A stretch of DNA of 64,000 nucleotides from the NCBI GenBank assembly GCA_030603395.1, contig JAUVXX010000001.1, forward strand, positions 29,822 to 93,821, written 5' to 3'. Below, in pieces: positions 9,426 to 17,987 of the stretch; position 1 is the stretch's first letter, and each line of letters opens with the position of its first letter. A program made the translations under genes and the position numbers. Below the pieces are notes generated by a model that did not search any database, had not been told where the DNA came from, and worked only from the letters and a program-made list of their open reading frames with translations. The DNA comes from a bacterium. Its GTDB lineage: Bacteria; Patescibacteriota; Minisyncoccia; Minisyncoccales; CG1-02-41-26.

Positions 9426-11093
9426 TCAAAATGGAGTATAATATCCTTTAGCTTTTAAGATGAAGGAGATTTCTTGGTCAGAATTTATAATTTCTTTTTT
9501 TGCTGGAAATTCCAGGTTAATAAATTGTCCGGGGATTAATCCCACTCTTCCATCTTTTAAGTGCTTCTCATTAATATTCTTATCTTCCGAATGACTAAGA
9601 CTGGATAGCTTAATAGTTTCTTGTTTAATGTCAGGATTAGTCAATGGACTAGCATTTACCAGACCAATAAAGCTTAGATTGTGAGAGTTAGTCCATTTTA
9701 ATTTCAAAGATAATGGACTCTTTCTTTCTTTGGTACATTGAGAAATATCAACTAAGCCCGAGGAAAACTTCTCTCTTGGGTGGACGATGCTAAGCAACCC
9801 TTTTTTATTATTTCCGACATATACATCAACATATATATTAATACTTTTACATAAGTGGACTGCCGCAAAGGCATCTTCTGGCTTTATTACTTCCCCAGCA
9901 ACAGCTGTTCCCAGAGAAGCTATAGCTATTTTCTTTAGGGAGTCGGTCCATTTTCTTTCCGAGGAAAATATTCTTTCTAGGTTTCTGGTTGCTTCGGCAA
10001 TTCTTTGGTAATTTGCCCTAAGGTTAGCCCTGAAGACTAAGTGGCAATTTTCTAAATTTTGCACATTATCGAATTTCACATCTAAGACATCTTCTTTTTC
10101 TCCACCAAAAAATATTTCATCGTTCAAAGTAGATAACTTTTTTGTCCAGTCCCTTCCTTTTTTATTTCTAATTGAAGACGGGAAAATTAGATTTTTATAG
10201 GCAACTATTTTATTGTTTTCTATCCCGATACTAAATTTCTTTGGATGAATAATTTTAATAAGTTCAAGATTATAGAGATGAGAATGTTCTCTTTCAAACT
10301 CCATTACTCGCAAAAGATATTTCTTACTCTTTTGACAGGGCTTTACTTCTAATTTGTATAGTTCTTTAACAATAATGTTCTCCCTTAATATATTTTCAGA
10401 CGCCGGCAAAATATTATTATCAATAACAAATTTTTTGCCGTTCCAAACCATAATAAATGGGCAGCCACAACTACTGTGAGAAACGTGAGAACTGTGTGAG
10501 CTATGACTGCTGTGGCTGCCATGAGCACAACTACTATGGGAGCCGTGTGAACAGTGAGATTGGTGGGAACTGTGAGAGCTGTGTGAGGTGTGGGAACCGT
10601 GAGAAGAGTGGGAAGAGTGAGAGCTGTGAGAAGAGTGAGAACTATGTGAGGAGTGAGAACCGTGGGAACCGTGTGAGGAGTGAGAGGAGTGGGAACCATG
10701 AGAACCGTGAGAGGAGTGTGAGCCGTGGGAAGAGTGAGAACTGTGGGAGGAGTGGGAACTGTGAGAGCTGTGTGAGCCGTGGGAACCGTGTGAGGAGTGA
10801 GAGGAGTGGGAACCATGAGAACCGTGAGATGAATGGGAGCCGTGGGAGGAGTGAGAACCGTGGGAACTGTGAGATGAGTGAGAGCTATGGGAAGTGTGGG
10901 AGCTATGCGAAGAATGTGAGGTATGAGAGCACTCCCAATCAGCTTGAGCTTCACGAGCTACCATTGAGCCAGCAACAGCTGCTCCTAAGATAAAGAGCAT
11001 TGTTCCTGCTTTAACAATGTCTTTCTTGTTGACGTTGCCCTCTTCAGAGGTCAAGAAAGTCTTAATGTTCTTTTTTATTCGTGGAAAATTCAT
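9426..11093 (-). CDS. His-Xaa-Ser repeat protein (HxsA-like precursor) fused to a C-terminal domain of about 320 aa with unknown function
   Basis: The leader MNFPRIKKNIKTFLTSEEGNVNKKDIVKAGTMLFILGAAVAGSMVAREAQADW contains a hydrophobic TM/signal-like segment. It is followed by about 60 consecutive H-x-S triplets (SHSSHSSHGSH...), then CGCPF and a non-repetitive domain. The leader is nearly identical to that of 11887..12321. Confidence 0.75.
   Translation of the reverse strand: MNFPRIKKNIKTFLTSEEGNVNKKDIVKAGTMLFILGAAVAGSMVAREAQADWECSHTSHSSHSSHTSHSSHSSHSSHGSHSSHGSHSSHGSHGSHSSHSSHGSHGSHSSHSSHSSHSSHSSHGSHSSHGSHGSHSSHSSHGSHGSHSSHSSHSSHSSHSSHSSHGSHTSHSSHSSHQSHCSHGSHSSCAHGSHSSHSSHSSHVSHSSCGCPFIMVWNGKKFVIDNNILPASENILRENIIVKELYKLEVKPCQKSKKYLLRVMEFEREHSHLYNLELIKIIHPKKFSIGIENNKIVAYKNLIFPSSIRNKKGRDWTKKLSTLNDEIFFGGEKEDVLDVKFDNVQNLENCHLVFRANLRANYQRIAEATRNLERIFSSERKWTDSLKKIAIASLGTAVAGEVIKPEDAFAAVHLCKSINIYVDVYVGNNKKGLLSIVHPREKFSSGLVDISQCTKERKSPLSLKLKWTNSHNLSFIGLVNASPLTNPDIKQETIKLSSLSHSEDKNINEKHLKDGRVGLIPGQFINLEFPAKKEIINSDQEISFILKAKGYYTPF
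10390..10930 (-). repeat. Tandem 9-nt repeats that encode the His-Xaa-Ser units
   Basis: The units are of the type gtgagaaccgtgggaacc and repeat with 9-nt periodicity across roughly 540 nt. ORFs called on other frames or on the opposite strand in this stretch are artefacts of the repeat. Confidence 0.8.
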
Positions 11094-11896
11094 ATATTTG
11101 ACTGCTCAGCCCCTTTAAGGCAGCTCTGGTAAAGAAACTCTCCTCTTCCCTCTTCATCTTTGTAGGGAATCTCTTCACATAGCGAGGGGTCTTTGGTAAA
11201 CTCAGCTATCTGGGGAAGATAGATCTCTGAACATTCAACCTCACTGCGATATTTTACACATTCATTAATATCTAAGATGCCTCGGCAAAGAATTTGAGCC
11301 CCTCTTTTATAGCTTATTTTGTCACAAAGAGTTATGTCTTTTTTCAAAATAGCTAATAAATTATAGTAACTATCTTTACACTTTTGGATTTCTATTTCCG
11401 AAAGATTTTGGCATTCCTCTTCGTCTTCTCTGATTAGTGCTTTGCAAAGAATCTTTTCTTGTTGAGGAAGTTCTTCTTTTTCACAAAGAGTTTCGTCTTT
11501 TTTAAAAACGGCTTGGCAGAAAAATTCTTTCTCTCCCGCTTTTTGGCAATAATCTATGTTATTTTCCTTAAGTGCTCGGAAGGAATAAAAAAAATTTTCG
11601 CATTGCTCTTTCTCTTCTTGACTTAATGCCATGTCGCAAAAATAAACATTATGAACACCAATACAGTGAAAGGAAGATTTTTCTCCCAGGGTCCAATTAA
11701 TATCAATATTCCCCGCTAGATCTTCTAAATTTTGACATCGCTGGAAATTTTCTTCAAGAAGAGCCAATTGCTTTGCCCTCTCCCATCTTGGAATAAAAAT
11801 TAAAGTTCCCAAAATTATTACTGACAATAAGATAATTATAAGAATGATTTTAGTTTTTTTAGACATTTTTGCATTTTCAATTTTTACTAACACCAT
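11090..11896 (-). CDS. Membrane-anchored protein with repeated Cys pairs
   Basis: It has an N-terminal TM segment (KIILIIILLSVIILGTLIFI) followed by 7 or 8 repeated C-x(8-13)-C units, for example CQKAGEKEFFC, CEKEELPQQEKILC, CQNLSEIEIQKC, and CDKISYKRGAQILC. It lies between the two Hxs-like precursor genes and overlaps both by 4 to 10 nt. Confidence 0.5.
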   Translation of the reverse strand: MVLVKIENAKMSKKTKIILIIILLSVIILGTLIFIPRWERAKQLALLEENFQRCQNLEDLAGNIDINWTLGEKSSFHCIGVHNVYFCDMALSQEEKEQCENFFYSFRALKENNIDYCQKAGEKEFFCQAVFKKDETLCEKEELPQQEKILCKALIREDEEECQNLSEIEIQKCKDSYYNLLAILKKDITLCDKISYKRGAQILCRGILDINECVKYRSEVECSEIYLPQIAEFTKDPSLCEEIPYKDEEGRGEFLYQSCLKGAEQSNI

Positions 11897-12321
11897 GACC
11901 CGGAACTATGTGAAGAATGGGAGCTGTGGGAGGAATGGGAGCAGTGGGACTGATGAGAACCATGGCAAGAGCCGTGAGAGACATGGGAAGAGTGAGAAGA
12001 GTGAGAGGAGTGAGAACCGTGAGAGTTATGAGAGCTATGACCAGAAGCGTGAGAACCGTGGGAAGAGTGAGAGGAGTGAGAGGAGTGAGAGCCGTGGGAA
12101 GAGTGAGAGCTGTGTGAAGAATGCGAAGAATGAGAACCATGGGAAGTGTGCTCACATTGAGGCCATTGAGCTTGAACTTCTCTCACAGCCATTGAACCAG
12201 CAACAGCTGCTCCCAAGATAAGGAGCATTGTTCCTGCTCGGACAATGTCTTTCTTATTGACATTTCCTTCTTCAGAAGTCAGAAAGAATTTAATGTCTTT
12301 TTTTATTTTTGGAAAATTCAC
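11887..12321 (-). CDS. His-Xaa-Ser repeat precursor peptide (HxsA-like), short 144-aa form
   Basis: The leader MNFPKIKKDIKFFLTSEEGNVNKKDIVRAGTMLLILGAAVAGSMAVREVQAQW is conserved with 9426..11093. It is followed by about 30 H-x-S triplets and ends in SGSWC. Nucleotides 11890..12156 have a 9-nt repeat structure. Confidence 0.75.
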   Translation of the reverse strand: MNFPKIKKDIKFFLTSEEGNVNKKDIVRAGTMLLILGAAVAGSMAVREVQAQWPQCEHTSHGSHSSHSSHSSHSSHGSHSSHSSHSSHGSHASGHSSHNSHGSHSSHSSHSSHVSHGSCHGSHQSHCSHSSHSSHSSHSSGSWC

Positions 12322-12326
12322 AAATT

Positions 12327-12791
12327 TTACTCGGTAACCATCTTGGTGATTTTAGTAGCGGTAAATTCCTCAAGTTCGTTTATCTTCTCAAAAGTTGATT
12401 CAACTGTTGCTACAACAATGCTGTCATCTATTTCTATTTCCGAAAATTCCGAGGCAGATTCTTCTTGAGTGGTTATGTTGTAAATTCGCCACTCGGTCTC
12501 TTCGGTAAACTTTATGGTTTTTTCCATCAGGTCTTTCTCGGCTGTCTCAATCAGAGAGGTCCTGGCCTCTATCCTTAAAGTTTTACCTTCAATATCAACC
12601 GCTTTAACTCCTCCTTCAATAAGATTGTTGGGATATTGCTGCTGAGAAGGAGTTTCTTCTTCCGAAGTTTCCGGGGTTTCTTGTTCTTCTTCCTGGACGG
12701 GAGGGGCCTCTTGGCCCAACAAAAACACCCCCATTAAGACAACAACAGCAACAACGAAGAAGATAAGAACAATTTTTGTTTTTTTATCCAT
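12327..12791 (-). CDS. Small membrane-anchored protein, paralog of 20035..20409
   Basis: It has an N-terminal TM segment, an acidic linker, and then a domain that shares YPNNLIEG and TFEKINELEEFTATKITK with 20035..20409, which reads YPHNLIEG and STYEKVNELDQFTAIKISK. Confidence 0.5.
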   Translation of the reverse strand: MDKKTKIVLIFFVVAVVVLMGVFLLGQEAPPVQEEEQETPETSEEETPSQQQYPNNLIEGGVKAVDIEGKTLRIEARTSLIETAEKDLMEKTIKFTEETEWRIYNITTQEESASEFSEIEIDDSIVVATVESTFEKINELEEFTATKITKMVTE

Positions 12792-12874
12792 GTAAATAGA
12801 ATAATTTAATAACGACCTTTAAACTAAAGTGGTGTAATTGTTTCATTATAGCAAACATAGGGATGTCAAGTAAA

Positions 12875-13795
12875 CTACCTGAAATAAATGCCTAAGTTTC
12901 TATTTTCTAAAGCAAAATAACTTATCTTTGCTTCAACATCTTTTATAATTTTAAATGATTCTTTGAGCCATAATTTCTGTTTGGGAAAGTTTTGTTTAAG
13001 TATATTTAACCTTTTAGGAGCAACGCTTTCTTTTAACCGAAACCAGAGCTTTGTTGAGGAAATATCAGAGCTCGGAGAGATACGGCAAAGCATTCCTGTT
13101 TCTTTAACTAGCATGTTTCTTAAAGCTGAAAGAACCGGTTGATAGACTTTTCCTACCTCTTTAGGATTTGGCAGGCCTTTACAGATTAAAGGATAAATCT
13201 TAAGAAAACATTCTCCCCTTGGCAAAAAATCAATCCCCACTGTATCAAAGTCCTTATTCTTAAATGTTTTTTCTAATTTATCTGCTTTAAGGTTTAAAAT
13301 ACAGCTCAGCTTTTTTATAAGCTCTTGAACCTTTTTTCTTTGAAGCTTCAATCCATCGGGGCTGGTAAAATATATCTTTACTCTTTCTATTTTGCTTTGG
13401 GCTAAATCTATGCCAAACTGCACCATCCAGGAATGACTTTTGGCTATTGATAATATGGGTTTAATTTTGTCATTGAATTTGCAGCTTGAATTGTTTAAAG
13501 AAACAAAGATTTTAGCGATACAATCTATTCGTTTTTTCCTTAATTTTTCTTTCTGAGCTAAACTTAAGAATTCTTTCAGAAAATTAAGATGGAGAATCCT
13601 TATTTTTTTCTGACCAGAAACCAAAGAGAACTCAAAACCATTGTAGAGATTTGATTTTAACTCACTGCCCCTTTCTAACTCGTCTATAATTTCAAAAATC
13701 AGCTTATTGGGATTAAATCCCCATCTTTGAGACAACAATCCGATTAATTGTTTTGCTTGAGAATTGTTCATTTTATCCGTAAAAATTTTACTCAA
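12875..13795 (-). CDS. Hypothetical protein of about 300 aa, paralog of 14716..15576, placed directly after an rSAM gene
   Basis: It shares GFEFSL and GFSLKL motifs and a conserved C-terminus (ENRNLGIYFR versus ENDNLILYIRF) with 14716..15576. It overlaps the upstream rSAM gene by 8 nt. Confidence 0.5.
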   Translation of the reverse strand: MSKIFTDKMNNSQAKQLIGLLSQRWGFNPNKLIFEIIDELERGSELKSNLYNGFEFSLVSGQKKIRILHLNFLKEFLSLAQKEKLRKKRIDCIAKIFVSLNNSSCKFNDKIKPILSIAKSHSWMVQFGIDLAQSKIERVKIYFTSPDGLKLQRKKVQELIKKLSCILNLKADKLEKTFKNKDFDTVGIDFLPRGECFLKIYPLICKGLPNPKEVGKVYQPVLSALRNMLVKETGMLCRISPSSDISSTKLWFRLKESVAPKRLNILKQNFPKQKLWLKESFKIIKDVEAKISYFALENRNLGIYFR

Positions 13796-14759
13796 AAATA
13801 TAAGATTTGGTTTTTTTTATATATTCCTGGAAGAGGCTTCGGCTTTTAGCGTTTTCCTTTAAAATTTGGGCTATTTTTTGGGAGGTATTATTGCGCAACT
13901 TGATTATATTTTTATCAAAATGAATGTCAGGGTAAAAATCAAAACACGACGAAGCTCTTTTGCCCGAAACGCTTATTTCAACATTTTTCCTTAAATCCTC
14001 TTTTTTGTTCAGAATTCGGCTTACGGAATTCAAAAAGATAAATCTTTTGTTTTTTATTTCTCTTACAATATAGTCAGAGATTTTGTTTAAGCAAGAAAGG
14101 AAATCTTTTCTTTCTTTTTCTTCCCAGGTTACTGTCTGAATTGGCTCAATGTTTATGCTCTTAAATCCCGTTTTTATTAAATAAATAAAATTTTCATGCA
14201 TTTTTTTAACCTCTGAAGGATGAACGGCCATCAGGGCACAAACATTTTCTTCCTTCAGGTTTTTAAAGACCGCTGGCAACTTTTTTATTATCTGAGAAAA
14301 TGAACTTCTGCCATTTTTAAATACCCGGAATCTATCGTGAGTTTCTTTTTTCCCGTCAATACTTACGGCTAATTTGACATTATATTTCTGAAAAAACTTG
14401 AGGTGTTCTTTTCTAATTAAAGTGCCGTTAGTGGCTACAGATACAGCTAATTGCTTATTTTTTTGCCTGACTAAAGATTGAGCAAAAATGATTATCTTTT
14501 TTAGTAAATCAAAATAAAGCAAGGGTTCTCCGCCATATAAAAGAAGCTGTTTTTCTTTTCCCGGAGATAAAATAAGATTTCTTACTGCTTGCTTGGCTTT
14601 TTCAAAGGGTATAATCTCATTGGTTTTTTTAATAAAACAATACCGACACCTCATATTGCAGCGAGTGCCAACAAAAAGCCACGTCTTTTTAATTTCCCTA
14701 TCTAGGCTCATCTTTTTAAAAACGGATGTAGAGAATAAGATTGTCATTTTCTGCATCAA
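13788..14759 (-). CDS. Radical SAM enzyme without a SPASM-type Cys cluster
   Basis: It has CNMRCRYCF, YGGEP, and ATNGTLIRKEH...SIDGKKETHDRFRVFKN, which is paralogous to the core of 16980..17987. Confidence 0.75.
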   Translation of the reverse strand: MMQKMTILFSTSVFKKMSLDREIKKTWLFVGTRCNMRCRYCFIKKTNEIIPFEKAKQAVRNLILSPGKEKQLLLYGGEPLLYFDLLKKIIIFAQSLVRQKNKQLAVSVATNGTLIRKEHLKFFQKYNVKLAVSIDGKKETHDRFRVFKNGRSSFSQIIKKLPAVFKNLKEENVCALMAVHPSEVKKMHENFIYLIKTGFKSINIEPIQTVTWEEKERKDFLSCLNKISDYIVREIKNKRFIFLNSVSRILNKKEDLRKNVEISVSGKRASSCFDFYPDIHFDKNIIKLRNNTSQKIAQILKENAKSRSLFQEYIKKTKSYIFE

Positions 14760-15576
14760 TTACGTGAATTTTTCCCTTGGCGCTTTTGATGAGAGTTAAG
14801 ATTTCCCTTAAACAGTTAGTATTGCCGCTTAAACTCAGAAGTTTCTCTAGCGTTTCTTTTTTTAATCCATTTTTCAACTGAACTCCGAATTTTCTGGAAA
14901 TAAGCTTGTTCCCCTGATATCTTTCGCCAAAATGATAATGAGAACTGATTGGTTTTAAAAAAGTGAAGATTTTTCGCTCAAGAGAAGAGGGCCCTCCTTT
15001 ATCTTGACATTTTTCCTCTAAAAAATGGGTAAGGTAATAAATTTTATATTTCGGTTTTGGCTCCTGGTCAATATCAAAACCCATTATGACAATCTTTTCC
15101 TTTTTGAGAGGAATGTTTATTTTAAATTGTTCAAGGATGCTTTTTACCGCAGAACGCACTGTCTTAGAGTCATTGATATCGCCGAAATGTAGATAAACTT
15201 TAAATCTTATTTTTTTCTTTTTTGTCTCCAAGCCAAAATAAAGCGAGGGTTTGATTTTATTTAATTTTCTGAGCTTGTGAAATAATAATTTTGAAACATT
15301 AGATTTGCCGTAAGAATTAATGATACCCTCTATCAATTCTATTCTCTCAGTATACAAATTTTCAAAGTTCTTGGAATAAGTATCGTAGTTGACCAATCTT
15401 AAGGTATCCTCAATCTTTCCTTTTTTTAATTTAAGAGAAAATCCGAATTCAGTTTTGTTTGCTAAATCGCCTTTCACTAATTTCTTAATGACAGGGCTTA
15501 TAATCTCCCGGGTGGACGCATCGGGGAGTAACTTTTTTGCTAAATAAGAAAACGTTTCAGATATGTTTTTTTCCAT
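14716..15576 (-). CDS. Hypothetical protein of about 286 aa, paralog of 12875..13795
   Basis: See 12875..13795. It lies 4 nt downstream of the HemN-like rSAM gene. Confidence 0.5.
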   Translation of the reverse strand: MEKNISETFSYLAKKLLPDASTREIISPVIKKLVKGDLANKTEFGFSLKLKKGKIEDTLRLVNYDTYSKNFENLYTERIELIEGIINSYGKSNVSKLLFHKLRKLNKIKPSLYFGLETKKKKIRFKVYLHFGDINDSKTVRSAVKSILEQFKINIPLKKEKIVIMGFDIDQEPKPKYKIYYLTHFLEEKCQDKGGPSSLERKIFTFLKPISSHYHFGERYQGNKLISRKFGVQLKNGLKKETLEKLLSLSGNTNCLREILTLIKSAKGKIHVIDAENDNLILYIRF

Positions 15577-15580
15577 AAGT

Positions 15581-16975
15581 TCACAAAGGAATATATTTTA
15601 ATTCTTCATCCCCAATAATCTTTTTTTTATTTTTTACCGGTTTTATTTTCTTTTGGCATTTTTTAACTATTTCCTCAGAATAAAAATATTTAGAAAAAAC
15701 CAAATAAGCGCCGAAATTAGGAACTTTAGATTGAAGATGAGTCGGTCTTGCGATTATTTTTCCTCTTTTTACCAAATATTCAATTTCTTCTTTCAAAACT
15801 TTGTCTATGTCTTGACCAAAAAGCTGGTAAATCCTTTTTTTGGGAAGAAGATTGTACCTGAGAGAATTTATAACGTACCATTTTATCTCTTCAATTTTAT
15901 TTTTATATCTGCATTGAAGATAAACCGGGCTTTCATTCTGCCGAATGCCTCTTTCGTATTTTTCTAAATCGGGAAAGTTCATATAATTTCCCCAACCGGA
16001 AATATGCGACATAGCCGCCATTCCCAATCCCAAGAAAGGACTGTTATATTCAACCGTGTCAGCTATCTGAATATTTCGGGCTTCATTGCTTTTACCTATG
16101 TCTTCAAACTGTAAAAACTTATAGGAAGAGTCAAGAAGCATTTTGCGGCCCAAAGCGTTCATTTCCTCTCTCTTTTGCATTTCTTCCCGCGACAGGACTT
16201 TTCCCTGCTGGGAGAAGGAAGTAGCCGGATTGGGAAAGAAGGGATTAACGTGAACCACATCCGGTGAAAGCTTAATTACTTTCTTCATTGTCTCTTTAAA
16301 GCTTTTGAGCGTTTGGCCGGGCAAGCCGCACATTATATCAAAGTTTATGTATTTAATGCCGGCTCGCCGCGCCCGCTGATAAGCTTTGTAAACCGATTTC
16401 TCAGACGATAAACGTCCCCACTTTTTCATTAATTTATCATCAAAGCTCTGTACTCCCATATTAAGCCGGCTGACTTTATATCTCTTTAATAATTTCAATT
16501 TTTTCCAAGAAAGAGTACTGGGATTTGCTTCAAAAACCACCTGAATGCATTTCTTAAAATCAAAATGGTTATAGATAAGTTCAAAAAATTTTTCAAGCTG
16601 AGTCGGGCTTAAAAGAGAGGGGGTGCCCCCGCCAACATAAAGTGAACGAAAAGAGACGGATTTAAAAATCTTTGAATACAATTTCACTTCCCTGGCAAGC
16701 AGGTTTAAGTAATTGTCTATTTGGCTGTGATTTTTAAGCTTTTGAGCCGGGAACCGGCAAAAAATACACCTTGAAGCACAGAAAGGAAGGTGAACGTACA
16801 TTCCCACCTTATCTACGCCTCTATTTATTGTTCTTTTCCAGGCAGTTTTTATCTCTTCCTGGTTGGCTTTATGCCAAACAAAAATTGGGGGGTAATAAAA
16901 GGGGAAACCAACAAAGTCAGTCTGGGATATTTTTTCAGTGATTGCTCGGAAGAGCCAATCTTTATCTTTAATCAT
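15581..16975 (-). CDS. HemN/HemW-family radical SAM enzyme (coproporphyrinogen-III-oxidase-like; possible class C rSAM methyltransferase)
   Basis: It has YVHLPFCASRCIFCRF (the YxHxPFCxxxCxFCxF signature), GGGTPS, and MGVQSF motifs, which are typical of the HemN family. Confidence 0.8.
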   Translation of the reverse strand: MIKDKDWLFRAITEKISQTDFVGFPFYYPPIFVWHKANQEEIKTAWKRTINRGVDKVGMYVHLPFCASRCIFCRFPAQKLKNHSQIDNYLNLLAREVKLYSKIFKSVSFRSLYVGGGTPSLLSPTQLEKFFELIYNHFDFKKCIQVVFEANPSTLSWKKLKLLKRYKVSRLNMGVQSFDDKLMKKWGRLSSEKSVYKAYQRARRAGIKYINFDIMCGLPGQTLKSFKETMKKVIKLSPDVVHVNPFFPNPATSFSQQGKVLSREEMQKREEMNALGRKMLLDSSYKFLQFEDIGKSNEARNIQIADTVEYNSPFLGLGMAAMSHISGWGNYMNFPDLEKYERGIRQNESPVYLQCRYKNKIEEIKWYVINSLRYNLLPKKRIYQLFGQDIDKVLKEEIEYLVKRGKIIARPTHLQSKVPNFGAYLVFSKYFYSEEIVKKCQKKIKPVKNKKKIIGDEELKYIPL

Positions 16976-16979
16976 AGCC

Positions 16980-17987
16980 TTAATCTGCCCTGGTTATCTT
17001 TAAAAAATTAGATATGTAAATTTTTGAGATTTCACAGAAGGTCTGGAAATGTTTTTTAAAATCTTTTTTGTTCTCTTGAGACCAAAGATATAAACCAATT
17101 GGACAGAAGCAGTATTCCTGACAAGGACATTTTGAGCATTTGCTGTCTGTTATTTTAAGAATCCCCTTTTTTGCCTTTCTTAACAAGTTTTCTCTTTTTG
17201 CTTTATCAATTCCTCCTCCTCTGCCAACTATGTATTTTTTTCTCCTTTTATCAAAAAAAGAAAATACTTTATCGCAAAGATAAAAATTTCCATCAGGACC
17301 TAAATTCAGCTGCTGGCAGCAGAAATTCTCGCTGTTTTTCTCAAGGCCTTTTGTTATGCTAAACTCGCTAAAAGTTTTTTTAAGGATATTGAGCTGATTT
17401 TTTGACCATAAACCGTAAACCTCTGGATAAAAATCTATTAAGCGAAATCCGTTTTCAACAAAGAACTTAATGTTTTCAGTAAGGTGGTTTACTGTTGAGG
17501 GAGTAAAGATCAGAGAGATTTTAATTTTTTCTTTATTTAAATTTTTGATATTTTTCCAGACCGTTTTGAAGACCGAACGTTCTTTATCATTTTTAAATAC
17601 TCTGTTGACGTCATTTACATCTTGCTTACCGTCTAAACTTATTGAGAGGCCGACGTTGTTCTCGGCTAAAAATTCACTTCTTTCTTTGTTGAGCAAGGTG
17701 CCGTTGCTGGAGAGCACAATAAAAGCCCTCTTTTTTTCGTTCCTTTTCAAATATTCTATCAATTCTTTTAATTCCCCCCAATAAAGCAAGGGTTCTCCGC
17801 CGGTAAAATTAATGGTCGGCTCTTTTATTGAGTGTTTCAAAAAAAAGCTGATTCCCCTTTTTAATTCGGGAACATTGGGGATAATCTTTTTCAAATTCTC
17901 TTTGTCAATAAAACAATAGCTGCAATCAAGATTGCAGCCACCTCCAAGAAAAATAGATAAAGAATGGTATTTTATTTGCTGAGCCAT
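16980..17987 (-). CDS. Radical SAM enzyme with a C-terminal Cys-rich (SPASM-like) region
   Basis: It has GGGCNLDCSYCF, TGGEP, and a C-terminal CSKCPCQEYCFCP. Confidence 0.75.
   Translation of the reverse strand: MAQQIKYHSLSIFLGGGCNLDCSYCFIDKENLKKIIPNVPELKRGISFFLKHSIKEPTINFTGGEPLLYWGELKELIEYLKRNEKKRAFIVLSSNGTLLNKERSEFLAENNVGLSISLDGKQDVNDVNRVFKNDKERSVFKTVWKNIKNLNKEKIKISLIFTPSTVNHLTENIKFFVENGFRLIDFYPEVYGLWSKNQLNILKKTFSEFSITKGLEKNSENFCCQQLNLGPDGNFYLCDKVFSFFDKRRKKYIVGRGGGIDKAKRENLLRKAKKGILKITDSKCSKCPCQEYCFCPIGLYLWSQENKKDFKKHFQTFCEISKIYISNFLKITRAD

Noticed and set aside
10385-10993. Long ORFs on the opposite strand and in alternative frames within the H-x-S repeat region (10385..10954 on the minus strand, 10457..10993 on the plus strand, and the analogous 11844..12221, 11877..12155 and 11917..12117)
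   Set aside because: These are artefacts of the 9-nt periodic repeat. The frame encoding H-x-S is the one that continues into a conserved leader shared by two paralogs.
10390-12156. Possible CRISPR array, because of regular short repeats
   Set aside because: The period is 9 nt with no spacers, and it encodes protein. No cas genes or repeat-spacer architecture occur anywhere in the window.
15581-16975. Annotating the HemN-like gene as the heme-biosynthesis enzyme hemN
   Set aside because: The context is a peptide-maturation cluster, and HemN-family enzymes in such clusters usually serve other roles. I have kept it as HemN-like rSAM only.
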